This document shows positions 21,085 through 30,154 of a DNA stretch of 64,000 nt, one piece after another; the first letter of the stretch is position 1; each line of letters starts with the position of its first letter. The notes under the pieces are model-generated. The model was given only the letters and a program-made list of their open reading frames with translations, was not told where the DNA came from and did not search any database. This DNA is from a virus. The stretch is from positions 64,001 through 128,000 of the IMG/VR virus record IMGVR_UViG_3300047472_000155; one strand, 5' to 3'. Made by a program: the position numbers and the translations under genes.

Positions 21085-21478
21085 AGTCTTTATCTAATGG
21101 GGGGTTCGGGTTTACTTATATAGTAGAGTAAGCCCGTTATGAATTTTTTCTAAAATACTTGTTGACAACACAATATCGGATGTGATATTGTTTTAGTTGT
21201 AAACAAATGGAATATAAAATGAACATAAAAGGAATGATCATATGTCAAGCTTCGAAGAGGTACATGTTGAATGTAAAAAAGATTTGAAAGGCAGAAATGA
21301 TGTCATTCTGTTTCAAACGGGAAAAAAGTACTTGGCTAGAGTATGGGCTACTTCCGCAGTTGTAAAAGATGAAAGTGGATGTTTCCGGTCCTTATATGAA
21401 ACTAAAAGCGATAAGTTTTACAAGGAATATTTTAAAGAAATACAAATAGAAGATAAAATCACAGAGGAGGAATAAAAA

Positions 21479-22327
21479 ATGAATGAAGATTTTGTTAAAG
21501 ATTTTATTGCTTGCAATCAAGAAGTGACTTTACAAAAAGACGATACGGTTGATGATAAATTTGTTGACAAAATGTTAAATGTAAAAGCATATGTAGTGAA
21601 TGAAATGGCTACAGGAGATTTTGAAAAATTGGTGGACATCTTATTTAAAGAAGATATAAGTCCATTGTCATTAAATGATTCATATTTTGCTTCTTATAAG
21701 ATGTCAAAATTGGGGTACGGAAATTTCGGAAATGTTTATGAATTTGTTGGAAGTGATGGATACAGTTATGCAGTAAAAATTGCACGATTTGAAAAAGATA
21801 ATTACAGTGAACATGATGCAACTATTTTGTCAAAATTGCAGTCCATTAAAGGATACAATAAATTATTCTGTTACTTTGAAGGAACCTGCACATATGACTC
21901 ATGGGGAAATGTAAGAAAAAGAGATTTCCTTATAATGGTATCGAAAAAAGTGTATGGGTTTAGAATATCTGATGCCTTGAGAAATGAATTTTGCAAAAGA
22001 AACTTCTTTGACAACATTGGACCAGAAGTGATACAAGAGTTTCAAAAAACAATAAAAGAAACTTATTTAAATGGATATTTTCCAGATGATATTCATAGCG
22101 AAAATGTAATGGTGGATATGGATGAAAAGCAGGTTGTGATTGTTGATGTGGGATGCTATACACAGACAGAAGTAAAAGACGATATTTCAGAAGAAATGGT
22201 AAAAGATAAGGTATATGCATCAAGATTAATTGATCTGTGCGGACAATCAAATATTTTTTGTCGAGATGGTCAAAAATATCATGTGGAGGTGAAAACTAAA
22301 AATGACAGAGAAACTTATAAGTTTTAA
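21479..22327 (+). CDS. atypical protein kinase-like protein 1
   Basis: LGYGNFGNVY, YAVKI, DDIHSENVM, IVDVG. Confidence 0.85.
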   Translation: MNEDFVKDFIACNQEVTLQKDDTVDDKFVDKMLNVKAYVVNEMATGDFEKLVDILFKEDISPLSLNDSYFASYKMSKLGYGNFGNVYEFVGSDGYSYAVKIARFEKDNYSEHDATILSKLQSIKGYNKLFCYFEGTCTYDSWGNVRKRDFLIMVSKKVYGFRISDALRNEFCKRNFFDNIGPEVIQEFQKTIKETYLNGYFPDDIHSENVMVDMDEKQVVIVDVGCYTQTEVKDDISEEMVKDKVYASRLIDLCGQSNIFCRDGQKYHVEVKTKNDRETYKF

Positions 22328-23003
22328 AGTTACTACTCTCAATGGAATGGCGGATGGCGATTTTCAAAGATTACTTGCAATATTAATTGATGAAAAAGAA
22401 GGCATAACTTTCCACTCTCAGCATTGGGACATGGAACAAAGAGGATTAAAGCGTCTTGGTTTTGGTTGCTATGGTGATGTATATGAATTTATCGGAAGTA
22501 ATGGATATGAATATGCTGTTAAAATTTGTTCTTTTAAAAATAGTGCTCTTCAACACGATGGTGAAATTCTATCAAAACTTCAAGGAATTGTTGGATTTCC
22601 AAAACTATTCCTATATATTGATGGTGAATCCGAGACATCAGATTTCATGATAATGGTGTCACAGAAAATAAATGGTTTCACTATAGCAAAAATAGTTAAT
22701 CCTTGGAACGCTGATAAAATTTTGGTTCAACAATTCAAGGATACATTTGAGCCAGAAATTTTGAAGATATTTAATCAAACAATTCGTTCCTCATTCGCAA
22801 GAGGTTTACGTCCTGACGATGTTCATATTGAGAATGTAATGTATGATATCAACGAAAAAATCTTCTATGTTGTTGATGTAGGGAAATTTACAAATACAAA
22901 ATTCACAGAAGTTAGAGACAATGATATTTCAAGTTATAGAAATAACGCTAGAATCAGTGATCTTTTGCATATGGTAAATTATAAAAAAGAGGTGCTTGCA
23001 TAA
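22302..23003 (+). CDS. atypical protein kinase-like protein 2 (tandem paralog)
   Basis: LGFGCYGDVY, YAVKI, DDVHIENVM, VVDVG. Confidence 0.85.
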   Translation: MTEKLISFKVTTLNGMADGDFQRLLAILIDEKEGITFHSQHWDMEQRGLKRLGFGCYGDVYEFIGSNGYEYAVKICSFKNSALQHDGEILSKLQGIVGFPKLFLYIDGESETSDFMIMVSQKINGFTIAKIVNPWNADKILVQQFKDTFEPEILKIFNQTIRSSFARGLRPDDVHIENVMYDINEKIFYVVDVGKFTNTKFTEVRDNDISSYRNNARISDLLHMVNYKKEVLA

Positions 23004-23264
23004 TGGAAAATATAGTTAAAGTATCTATTAGTATTGAGGCTTCGGTTCACGTAACAGATCAAATGAAAGATAAAATAAAATCCTTAAATCCTTTTGCCTA
23101 CGAACAATATAAAAATGATGAAGAGGCATTGGCTATGATAGCTTTTTATGATGCTATGGACTTACTTATTTCAAAAAAATCTAATCTAAACGAACATGTG
23201 AAAGGGTTGAAAGTTGTAACCATATAACAATCGACATCAGATATTCCAACTTGACTGAACTACT

Positions 23265-23293
23265 ATCATAACATAAATTCAGAAAAAAGTCAA
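23265..23293 (-). promoter_or_regulatory. minus-strand sigmaA-type promoter facing the kinase operon
   Basis: reverse complement reads TTGACT-17 bp-TATGAT with an extended TG. Confidence 0.55.
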
Positions 23294-23409
23294 TCACTAA
23301 AATTCGATGGAACTCTGAGTTACAAAAAATACATCATATATATGTTGCATAAATCGTTGACTTTTTTACAAATGTAATATAAAATGAATATATAACAAAC
23401 GAGAGGAAA

Positions 23410-23868
23410 GTGAACCGATCAATGAATATCAAACAACAAGTCAAGGAAAATATTGTAAAGGCAATGAAGGAGAAGAATACTAAGCAACGCGACTTTCAAC
23501 GTATGTTGATGGATCGAATTCAGAAAAAAGAAAAGGAATTTCAGCGTGACATTACGGATGATGAAATTGTTGTATTGTTCCGCACATTCAAAAAGCAAAT
23601 TGAAGAAGAAGCATTTGCATATTTCCAATCTGGAAATGTAGTTAGACATGATGAATTGGTTCAAGATATCTCAGTGTTGTTTGCATATCTTCCACGTGAA
23701 ATGAGTGGAGAAGAGATTAAACATCTTGCGTCCACGGTTGTTAGCCAACTTGAAGGTCAAGGCGTATCTCCAAACAAGGGAAATGTCATGAAGTTGATCA
23801 TGCCTATGGTCAAGGGTAAGGCTGACAATAAACTCGTCATGGATATTGTGAATAGCATTTTTGCCTAA
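23410..23868 (+). CDS. YqeY/GatB-domain protein
   Basis: AMKEK...R...M....KEKE...TDDE.....KK..EE...YLP.EMS.EEI...KG.VMK..M..VKGKADNKLV. Confidence 0.9.
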   Translation: MNRSMNIKQQVKENIVKAMKEKNTKQRDFQRMLMDRIQKKEKEFQRDITDDEIVVLFRTFKKQIEEEAFAYFQSGNVVRHDELVQDISVLFAYLPREMSGEEIKHLASTVVSQLEGQGVSPNKGNVMKLIMPMVKGKADNKLVMDIVNSIFA

Positions 23869-23879
23869 ATAATTTCAAC

Positions 23880-23997
23880 ACGACAGGTTACAAAAGTTTT
23901 GCTGAACTAATATATAATTATAACTCTGTTAAATTATTAAGTAAATTAACAGAATCAGTTAATATATTAGTTCAGCGAAAAAAGCGTAACCTGTCGT
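23880..23997. repeat. 118-nt inverted repeat / long hairpin upstream of pnuC
   Basis: ACGACAGGTTAC/GTAACCTGTCGT, GCTGAACTAATATAT/ATATATTAGTTCAGC and TCTGTTAA/TTAACAGA stems. Confidence 0.85.
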
Positions 23998-24030
23998 AAA
24001 AACAAAACAATAATATTGGAGGAATTAACC

Positions 24031-24825
24031 ATGAAACTTAACAAAATACATGTGATTATTGCAAGTATTTTATTCTTCATCATTGGATATTTTACATCAT
24101 CTTCGGTGATTGAAATTGTTTCTGCCGTTTCCGGTTTGCTTTGTGTGTGGCTTGCCGCCAAAGAACACATATGGAATTATCCAATTGGATTCGTCAACAT
24201 AGCGGCGTTCATGTATGTGTTTTGGGGAGCTGGACTATATGCCGACTTTACACTACAAATTATCTTTGCGGCATTGAGCGCTTACGGATGGATATATTGG
24301 CTTAAAGGCAAAGGTGAAAAATCGGTTAAGCCAACAAAACGTGTAACGACTTCAGAAATTATTTTATACATTGTGATTGCAATTGTAGGAACATTCTTGT
24401 GGGCAAATGTCAATCTCAGAATTTTTAATGGTGTTGCATTGCCATACTTTGATGCATTCGTTGCTGTGTTAAGTGTAATTGCTCAAGTAATGTTGTCAAG
24501 AAAGCGGCTTGAGAATTGGTATGTATGGATTCTAGTAGATGTGTTATCCGTAGGAATGTATTGGTACAAAGACTTACACCTTGTATCTATCTTATATATC
24601 TTCTTCCTTGTCAATGCGGTATATGGATTGATTGCATGGAAAAAAGAATACAAAAAGTTTCAAGTTGAACAAACGGTAAATAAAATAATCAAAGAGACTC
24701 AAGCAAGTTCAGAAAATATCGGAAATGCTATGAAAACTCCGTGGCTTAAGTTTGTAGAAGAACATCAAAGAGCTTACTATACTACAGATGATCCAGAAAA
24801 TCCATTCAATAAAGGGGATAAGTGA
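24031..24825 (+). CDS. pnuC: nicotinamide riboside transporter PnuC
   Basis: multi-TM; E.....G..CVWL.AKE.IWNYP.G, LYAD..LQ, YGW..W, LP..DAF, AQ...SRK.LENW..WI.VD. Confidence 0.93.
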   Translation: MKLNKIHVIIASILFFIIGYFTSSSVIEIVSAVSGLLCVWLAAKEHIWNYPIGFVNIAAFMYVFWGAGLYADFTLQIIFAALSAYGWIYWLKGKGEKSVKPTKRVTTSEIILYIVIAIVGTFLWANVNLRIFNGVALPYFDAFVAVLSVIAQVMLSRKRLENWYVWILVDVLSVGMYWYKDLHLVSILYIFFLVNAVYGLIAWKKEYKKFQVEQTVNKIIKETQASSENIGNAMKTPWLKFVEEHQRAYYTTDDPENPFNKGDK

Positions 24826-25063
24826 TAATGGGAGAAATTATATTCAAAACTTATTCCCTTGGAGAAATCGTTGACAACTTAGGTGAAAATGAAATTGCTA
24901 TAAAAATTGACGGAACTAGTGTGGGGGATAGAATTTATAAGAACAATGAGACATGTCAGCTTAGACGAGTGAATATAGATTCTTGTATGGATATTCCATT
25001 GATGATTAATACTATTGAAGTTTTGGAAAAAAGTGTTTGGATCATTTTGAAGGAGGAATCCTA

Positions 25064-26104
25064 ATGAAGACAGGTTTAATTCTAGGCAAATTCATGCCTT
25101 TACATCTAGGGCATGAATACCTTATCAATACAGGACTAACAGCATGTGATGTGCTTCATGTTGTTGTATGTAGCCTATCAAGTGAACCGATTGATGGAAA
25201 TTTGCGTTACGAGTGGGTTAAACATAGATTTTGTCAAGAAATTTTGAAGGGACGCATTGTTGTTCATCACCTCAAAGAAGATTGGATGCCACAAGAACCA
25301 AGTGATTGCATCTCTGAGGAAGCTTTCTTTGGATGTTGGGCGGGTGTAATGGAGTCTTTGTGTAATACTAAGTTTGACGTTATGTTCGCATCAGAAATGT
25401 ATATACATCGTATGTCAAATCAACTTAATTGCACTCCTATTCTTGTTGACCTTGAGCGTAAGAATGTTCCTATTAGTGGAACAATGGTTCGTGACAATCC
25501 AATTGGAAATTGGAAGTTTATTAACAGGAATGTAAAAAAGTATTTTGCAAAGCGTGTACTCATTATTGGCGGTGAAAGCACCGGAAAGTCAATTATGACT
25601 CAAATGCTTGACGAATATTACGAAGACAAAGGTTATCTTACTTATGGTTCTCAAGAATATGCTAGAGATTATATTGACCAAGTTTATAATGGTAATATGG
25701 AAAAGTTAACATTTGACGACATCACACATTTTGGTCAATCACAAATGAGAGATGTTGATAGCGCTATACAAAGTGGATTCCAAATTGTATTTTCTGACAC
25801 GGACGCTATTGTGTCTAAGGTATTTCAACAAACATACTACGGAAAGACATCTCCTGAACTTGATGAAGTCATTGACAAAGAACAATGGGATTTGGTTCTA
25901 TTCCTTGAAAACGATGTACCATGGGTTGATGATGGTCAACGTAATCTTGGAGAGAAGAAGCAAAGAGAATTATTCCAACATAAACTCTACGTTGAAGTAT
26001 ATAACAAAAAGAAAATGCGTAATATCGTGTTTATTAACGGAGATTGGGAACAACGATTTGAAAAGGCAAAAAAATCTGTTGACAAGTTGCTTCAACTAAT
26101 GTAA
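25064..26104 (+). CDS. nadR: NadR-type NMN adenylyltransferase / ribosylnicotinamide kinase (no HTH)
   Basis: GKFMPLHLGH (HxGH), ISGT.VR, P-loop GGESTGKS, EYAR, DTD, PWVDDGQR. Confidence 0.93.
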   Translation: MKTGLILGKFMPLHLGHEYLINTGLTACDVLHVVVCSLSSEPIDGNLRYEWVKHRFCQEILKGRIVVHHLKEDWMPQEPSDCISEEAFFGCWAGVMESLCNTKFDVMFASEMYIHRMSNQLNCTPILVDLERKNVPISGTMVRDNPIGNWKFINRNVKKYFAKRVLIIGGESTGKSIMTQMLDEYYEDKGYLTYGSQEYARDYIDQVYNGNMEKLTFDDITHFGQSQMRDVDSAIQSGFQIVFSDTDAIVSKVFQQTYYGKTSPELDEVIDKEQWDLVLFLENDVPWVDDGQRNLGEKKQRELFQHKLYVEVYNKKKMRNIVFINGDWEQRFEKAKKSVDKLLQLM

Positions 26105-26485
26105 GATAAAATGAAAGAGCGAAAGGAATTGATGACTATATGAGTAAGAATGGCGATATTAAAATTGCTGGAGATGAAAGACACAAAGTTCCAAACTCAG
26201 AAGTAAGAGGATATATTAATCAATTAAAAAAAGATGAAAAGAAAAATTATTCTAGAAGCTTAGAATTGTTGAATGCGCAAATTTCTACATCTTCTGACGT
26301 ATTTGTCAGCATGTTGTTTTCATCTGTAGTCGGACTTATTGCAACACACTTCTACCCTCAATTTAACAGTGGAGGCTATTGGATTGCATTGTTTCTAAGC
26401 ACAGGTTTTTTAAATTCATTGAAACTTAACTATAAAAAAGTAATTAGAGATGACTATACCCCTAGTTGGAAAAAGGAGAAATAAT

Positions 26486-26731
26486 ATGACAACATTGACA
26501 GTACAACAAAAGGTAAAAAGCGTAATTGGAAAAATTAAAGGGATTCCATCAAAAGAGATTAGTATCAAAGATTCATTTGAAGACCTTGAATTTGATGGAT
26601 TTGATATGGATGAAATGATTGAAGTTCTTTCGGATTATTATGACATTGATCTTGAAGTTGAATTTAATTATGTAAAACATACACATGTAGGGCATGTCGT
26701 TAAGTTGGTAGAGAAGCTTTTTAATTGGTAG
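26486..26731 (+). CDS. acyl-carrier-protein-like protein lacking the phosphopantetheine serine
   Basis: V...I....GI...EI......F.DL..DGFD..E.I..L...YDI...VG.VV..VE; DGF replaces DSL. Confidence 0.65.
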   Translation: MTTLTVQQKVKSVIGKIKGIPSKEISIKDSFEDLEFDGFDMDEMIEVLSDYYDIDLEVEFNYVKHTHVGHVVKLVEKLFNW

Positions 26732-27071
26732 AAACAAATATAAAATAAAACGAAAGTGGTGGTAATATGCTTTGGTTAATAACAATCTGGGTTGTTTCAA
26801 TAATTTTATGTTTTTTCATTGGAAAAAAATCTTTATCTATTAATGACGATATGTTTGACGAAGAATTAGAAAATTTAATAATTTTTATTGTAGTTGGATT
26901 GATTCCATGCCTAAATTTGATCATATATTTAATAGTTCTTACATGTGTTTATTGCGAAGAAAGAGATTCAGGGATAAGTGATCTTGCAAAAGTGATCTTT
27001 CATGCAAAGAATGATAAGTGATGGCATTGGTAATATGTGGTTTGGAAATGAGAAATGGTCAATAAGGAGGA

Positions 27072-28205
27072 ATGAAAGTGTTAAATTTTACAAAAGAAGA
27101 TTACATGGAATATGTTGATCAAGGATATATCTCGCGTAAAGAACATCCAGAAGACTCAAATGTAGTTATTTTAAATTATACAGAAAAAACCGTATTTGAA
27201 CGCAAATGGAATGACATAACACTTCAATGCAGAGGTTTGATCTTGAATGAAGCGACATGTGAAGTGTTGGCAAGACCTTTCCCTAAGTTTTTTAATTATG
27301 GTGAAGCGAATGGTCTTAACATTTCTATTCCACAAACACAGCCAGAGATTACCATTAAGCATGACGGATCATTGGGAATCATGTATCGTCTACATGGTAA
27401 AATTCGATGGGCGACAAGGGGTAGTTTTGTGTCAGAACAGGCTAATATTGCACAAAGAATTTGGGATAAAGAATACGCCCAATATGAGCATTTAATTCCG
27501 AATTCCTTAACATTGTTGGCAGAAATAATTCACCCATTGACAAGAGTGGTTGTTAATTACAATGGACTTGAAGATTTGATTTTGATTGGCATTATTAATA
27601 GATTTGATGGATCAGATTACAATCATCTTACTATTACCAATTTTAGAAATCAATATGTTCCAATGCCAGTAACAGAAAAGATAGTGGGTAACGTTGATAA
27701 TATTATAGAAATCGCAAAAACCCTTGATCACAATGAAGAGGGGTTTGTATTGTGTTGGGACAATCCCAATTTTACATTTGACGAACAACAACCGTATCGC
27801 CTTAAGGTCAAGGGACAACAATACCTTGAAGTTCACCGTATCATTCATGGTATGAGCTTGAAGCAAAAAGTTGAGTCGTGGGCTAATGGCAACTTGAATG
27901 AATATATTGCATCATTACCAGAAGAGTTTCGTCCAGAGATCGAAGAAACTGCTTCCGAATGTGAGAATATTTATAGTTATATTATGATAAATGTAGCAAA
28001 AAAGTATCAAATAGCAGAAAAACGTGGACGCAAGAATTATGCTCTATGGATGCAAAAGAATGCTCCTAGCTATCTTCATGGTTTTTTATGGCTCAAATAT
28101 GATAATGAAATTGAACAAATGCAAGATAAAATTAAACAATATATTGTCAAAAATTATAGAGAATTGATTGGAGGAAATAACAGTGCAAGTGAGCAAATTG
28201 AATAA
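27072..28205 (+). CDS. RNA ligase 1 (T4 Rnl1-like)
   Basis: LNYT, W...T..CRGLI, RPFPKFFN, motif I KHDGSLG, ATRGSF.S.QA, EII, EGFV, KVK. Confidence 0.92.
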   Translation: MKVLNFTKEDYMEYVDQGYISRKEHPEDSNVVILNYTEKTVFERKWNDITLQCRGLILNEATCEVLARPFPKFFNYGEANGLNISIPQTQPEITIKHDGSLGIMYRLHGKIRWATRGSFVSEQANIAQRIWDKEYAQYEHLIPNSLTLLAEIIHPLTRVVVNYNGLEDLILIGIINRFDGSDYNHLTITNFRNQYVPMPVTEKIVGNVDNIIEIAKTLDHNEEGFVLCWDNPNFTFDEQQPYRLKVKGQQYLEVHRIIHGMSLKQKVESWANGNLNEYIASLPEEFRPEIEETASECENIYSYIMINVAKKYQIAEKRGRKNYALWMQKNAPSYLHGFLWLKYDNEIEQMQDKIKQYIVKNYRELIGGNNSASEQIE

Positions 28206-29229
28206 ACTTATAATCTTGGTTGGTATTCCTGGAAGTGGCAAAAGTACTAAGGCAAAAGAGATTTTGGATGAAAATCAAAATACAGTTTTAATTTCCTCAG
28301 ATGCAATTAGAGAAGAGTTGGGTGATGTAAATGATCAATCCAAGAACGATAAAGTTTTTGAGTTGTATTATAAACGTGCCGAAGAATCTCTTAAAGAAGG
28401 TAAAGATGTCATTCTTGATGCAACTAACACAACCGTAAAGTCAAGACGTATTGCAGTTGAACGATTGAAGAAACATGTAACAACCATTGAAGCTCATTAC
28501 TTCAATGTAGATTATTGGACTTCTTGGGGAAGAAATTGTAAAAGAGATAGATTCGTCCCAGAACATGTTATCGAAAGAATGTATAAATCTCTTCAAATTC
28601 CCACTTATGCAGAGGGATTTGATCAAATTGTATTTCACAATGAAAAAGAAAAAATGGATGAAAACAAGATAGTAACCTATAGTCGTAGTGGAATGATTTT
28701 CATATCTAGTTTGAAGGAACTTGAGGATTTCATTTCTTTGAATCAAAAATATGAGCGCATTATGGGAGAGCAGAAATATTTTGCACATGACTTACATGAT
28801 ATTTGGGAACTTCCACAAGATAATTCATTTCATTCTTTCAGCGTAAGTAGACATACTTATCATGTATGGAAATATATTCTTGAAAATTACAATGGGGAAG
28901 ATAAGATTGCCATGCTGTGGTCAGGATTGTTTCATGATGTTGGTAAAGCATTTTGCAAAAACTTCAAAAAATATGAAGATGGAACCGTATCACGATACGC
29001 TAACTTCATTGGACATGAGAATGTTTCTGCGCAACTTGCAGCAACACGTTTAAGTCAATACTATGATACAGAATTTGTGTTGAAGGTAGTTGAGATTATT
29101 CAATATCATATGCGTTTGATGCAAGTAGGGGATAGTGAAAAATCCATTAACAAATTGCAAAAATTTGTTGGCGTTGAGTTGATGAATAAACTTGAATTTT
29201 TCTATGAAGCAGATACGAGTGCAAAATAA
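28183..29229 (+). CDS. polynucleotide 5'-kinase fused to an HD phosphoesterase (Pnk-HD)
   Basis: GIPGSGKST, SSDAIR, DATN, R.R.VP..VI; C-terminal H...HDVGK...GHE..SA...HM...EAD. Confidence 0.9.
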   Translation: MQVSKLNKLIILVGIPGSGKSTKAKEILDENQNTVLISSDAIREELGDVNDQSKNDKVFELYYKRAEESLKEGKDVILDATNTTVKSRRIAVERLKKHVTTIEAHYFNVDYWTSWGRNCKRDRFVPEHVIERMYKSLQIPTYAEGFDQIVFHNEKEKMDENKIVTYSRSGMIFISSLKELEDFISLNQKYERIMGEQKYFAHDLHDIWELPQDNSFHSFSVSRHTYHVWKYILENYNGEDKIAMLWSGLFHDVGKAFCKNFKKYEDGTVSRYANFIGHENVSAQLAATRLSQYYDTEFVLKVVEIIQYHMRLMQVGDSEKSINKLQKFVGVELMNKLEFFYEADTSAK

Positions 29230-29247
29230 AAGGGAGATGAATATATA

Positions 29248-30135
29248 ATGTTCAAAAATATTAAGAGATATGATAGTTCAGAAGGCGTAGTTTGGAAGTA
29301 TGTCTTTGAAAAAGAAGATGCCGTAACAGAAGCAGTTCTTTATAAGTACAATACTTTTGAAGATAGAACAGTGGTATGTTGTTCTGTCCAGTCAGGATGT
29401 CCTATCGGATGTACATTTTGTGGTACTGGAAATAAGTTTATTAGAAATTTAACTCCAGATGAAATTGTAGCTCAAGTAACACATGTATTTAGTGATATGG
29501 ATATCAAGGACATAAATAGTAGATGTAAAAAATTGCAAATTATGTTCATGAGCATGGGTGAACCTATGACAAATTGGAAGAATGTCGAAGAAGCAATTTC
29601 ACAATTAAATAACCTTTATCCTAACGCTCAATTACTTATCTCTACTATCGGAGTAGATAATGATGCAATTTTCTCTAAAATAATTCAAACGTCAAAAAGA
29701 ATATCAAAAGTTGGACTTCAATTCTCTATTCATCAAGCTTTTGATACTGATAGAGATAATCTCATTCCATTTAAAAATAAAATGTCACTTAGAAAAATAA
29801 GAGACGCAGGAACAATTTGGAGCCAAGAAACAGGACGAAAAGTGTATTTAAATTATTGTGTTGATGGAAAGAATGTTTCCAAAGAACACTTAGACAGATT
29901 AAAAGACTTGTTCAGTCCTACAACTTTTAATTTTACATTTAGCGTTGTGTGTAGCGCAGATGAAACAATGAAAGATTCTGGATATAGAAATCATGAAAAG
30001 ATTAAAGAAGTAATGAGTTCATTTTTAGAGGATGGATACAATGTAAGAATGTTTGATCCTGCGGGACAAGATGATATTGGTGGTGGATGTGGTCAGTTGT
30101 GGTATGTTCAACAATGGATGAATGAATATAAATAA
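29248..30135 (+). CDS. RlmN/Cfr-family radical SAM RNA methyltransferase
   Basis: CCSVQSGCPIGCTFCGTG, RNL...EIV.Q, MSMGEP, ISTIG, LQFSIH, R..LIP, DIGGGCGQL. Confidence 0.9.
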   Translation: MFKNIKRYDSSEGVVWKYVFEKEDAVTEAVLYKYNTFEDRTVVCCSVQSGCPIGCTFCGTGNKFIRNLTPDEIVAQVTHVFSDMDIKDINSRCKKLQIMFMSMGEPMTNWKNVEEAISQLNNLYPNAQLLISTIGVDNDAIFSKIIQTSKRISKVGLQFSIHQAFDTDRDNLIPFKNKMSLRKIRDAGTIWSQETGRKVYLNYCVDGKNVSKEHLDRLKDLFSPTTFNFTFSVVCSADETMKDSGYRNHEKIKEVMSSFLEDGYNVRMFDPAGQDDIGGGCGQLWYVQQWMNEYK

Positions 30136-30154
30136 AAAAGGAGATGAAATAAAT

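Noticed and set aside
23880-23997. Known NAD+ riboswitch upstream of pnuC
   Set aside because: I cannot match a known riboswitch consensus by eye; it is a simple long hairpin
29248-30135. Calling it the antibiotic resistance gene cfr
   Set aside because: The motifs place it in the RlmN/Cfr family, but C2 versus C8 specificity and the substrate cannot be read from the sequence by eye
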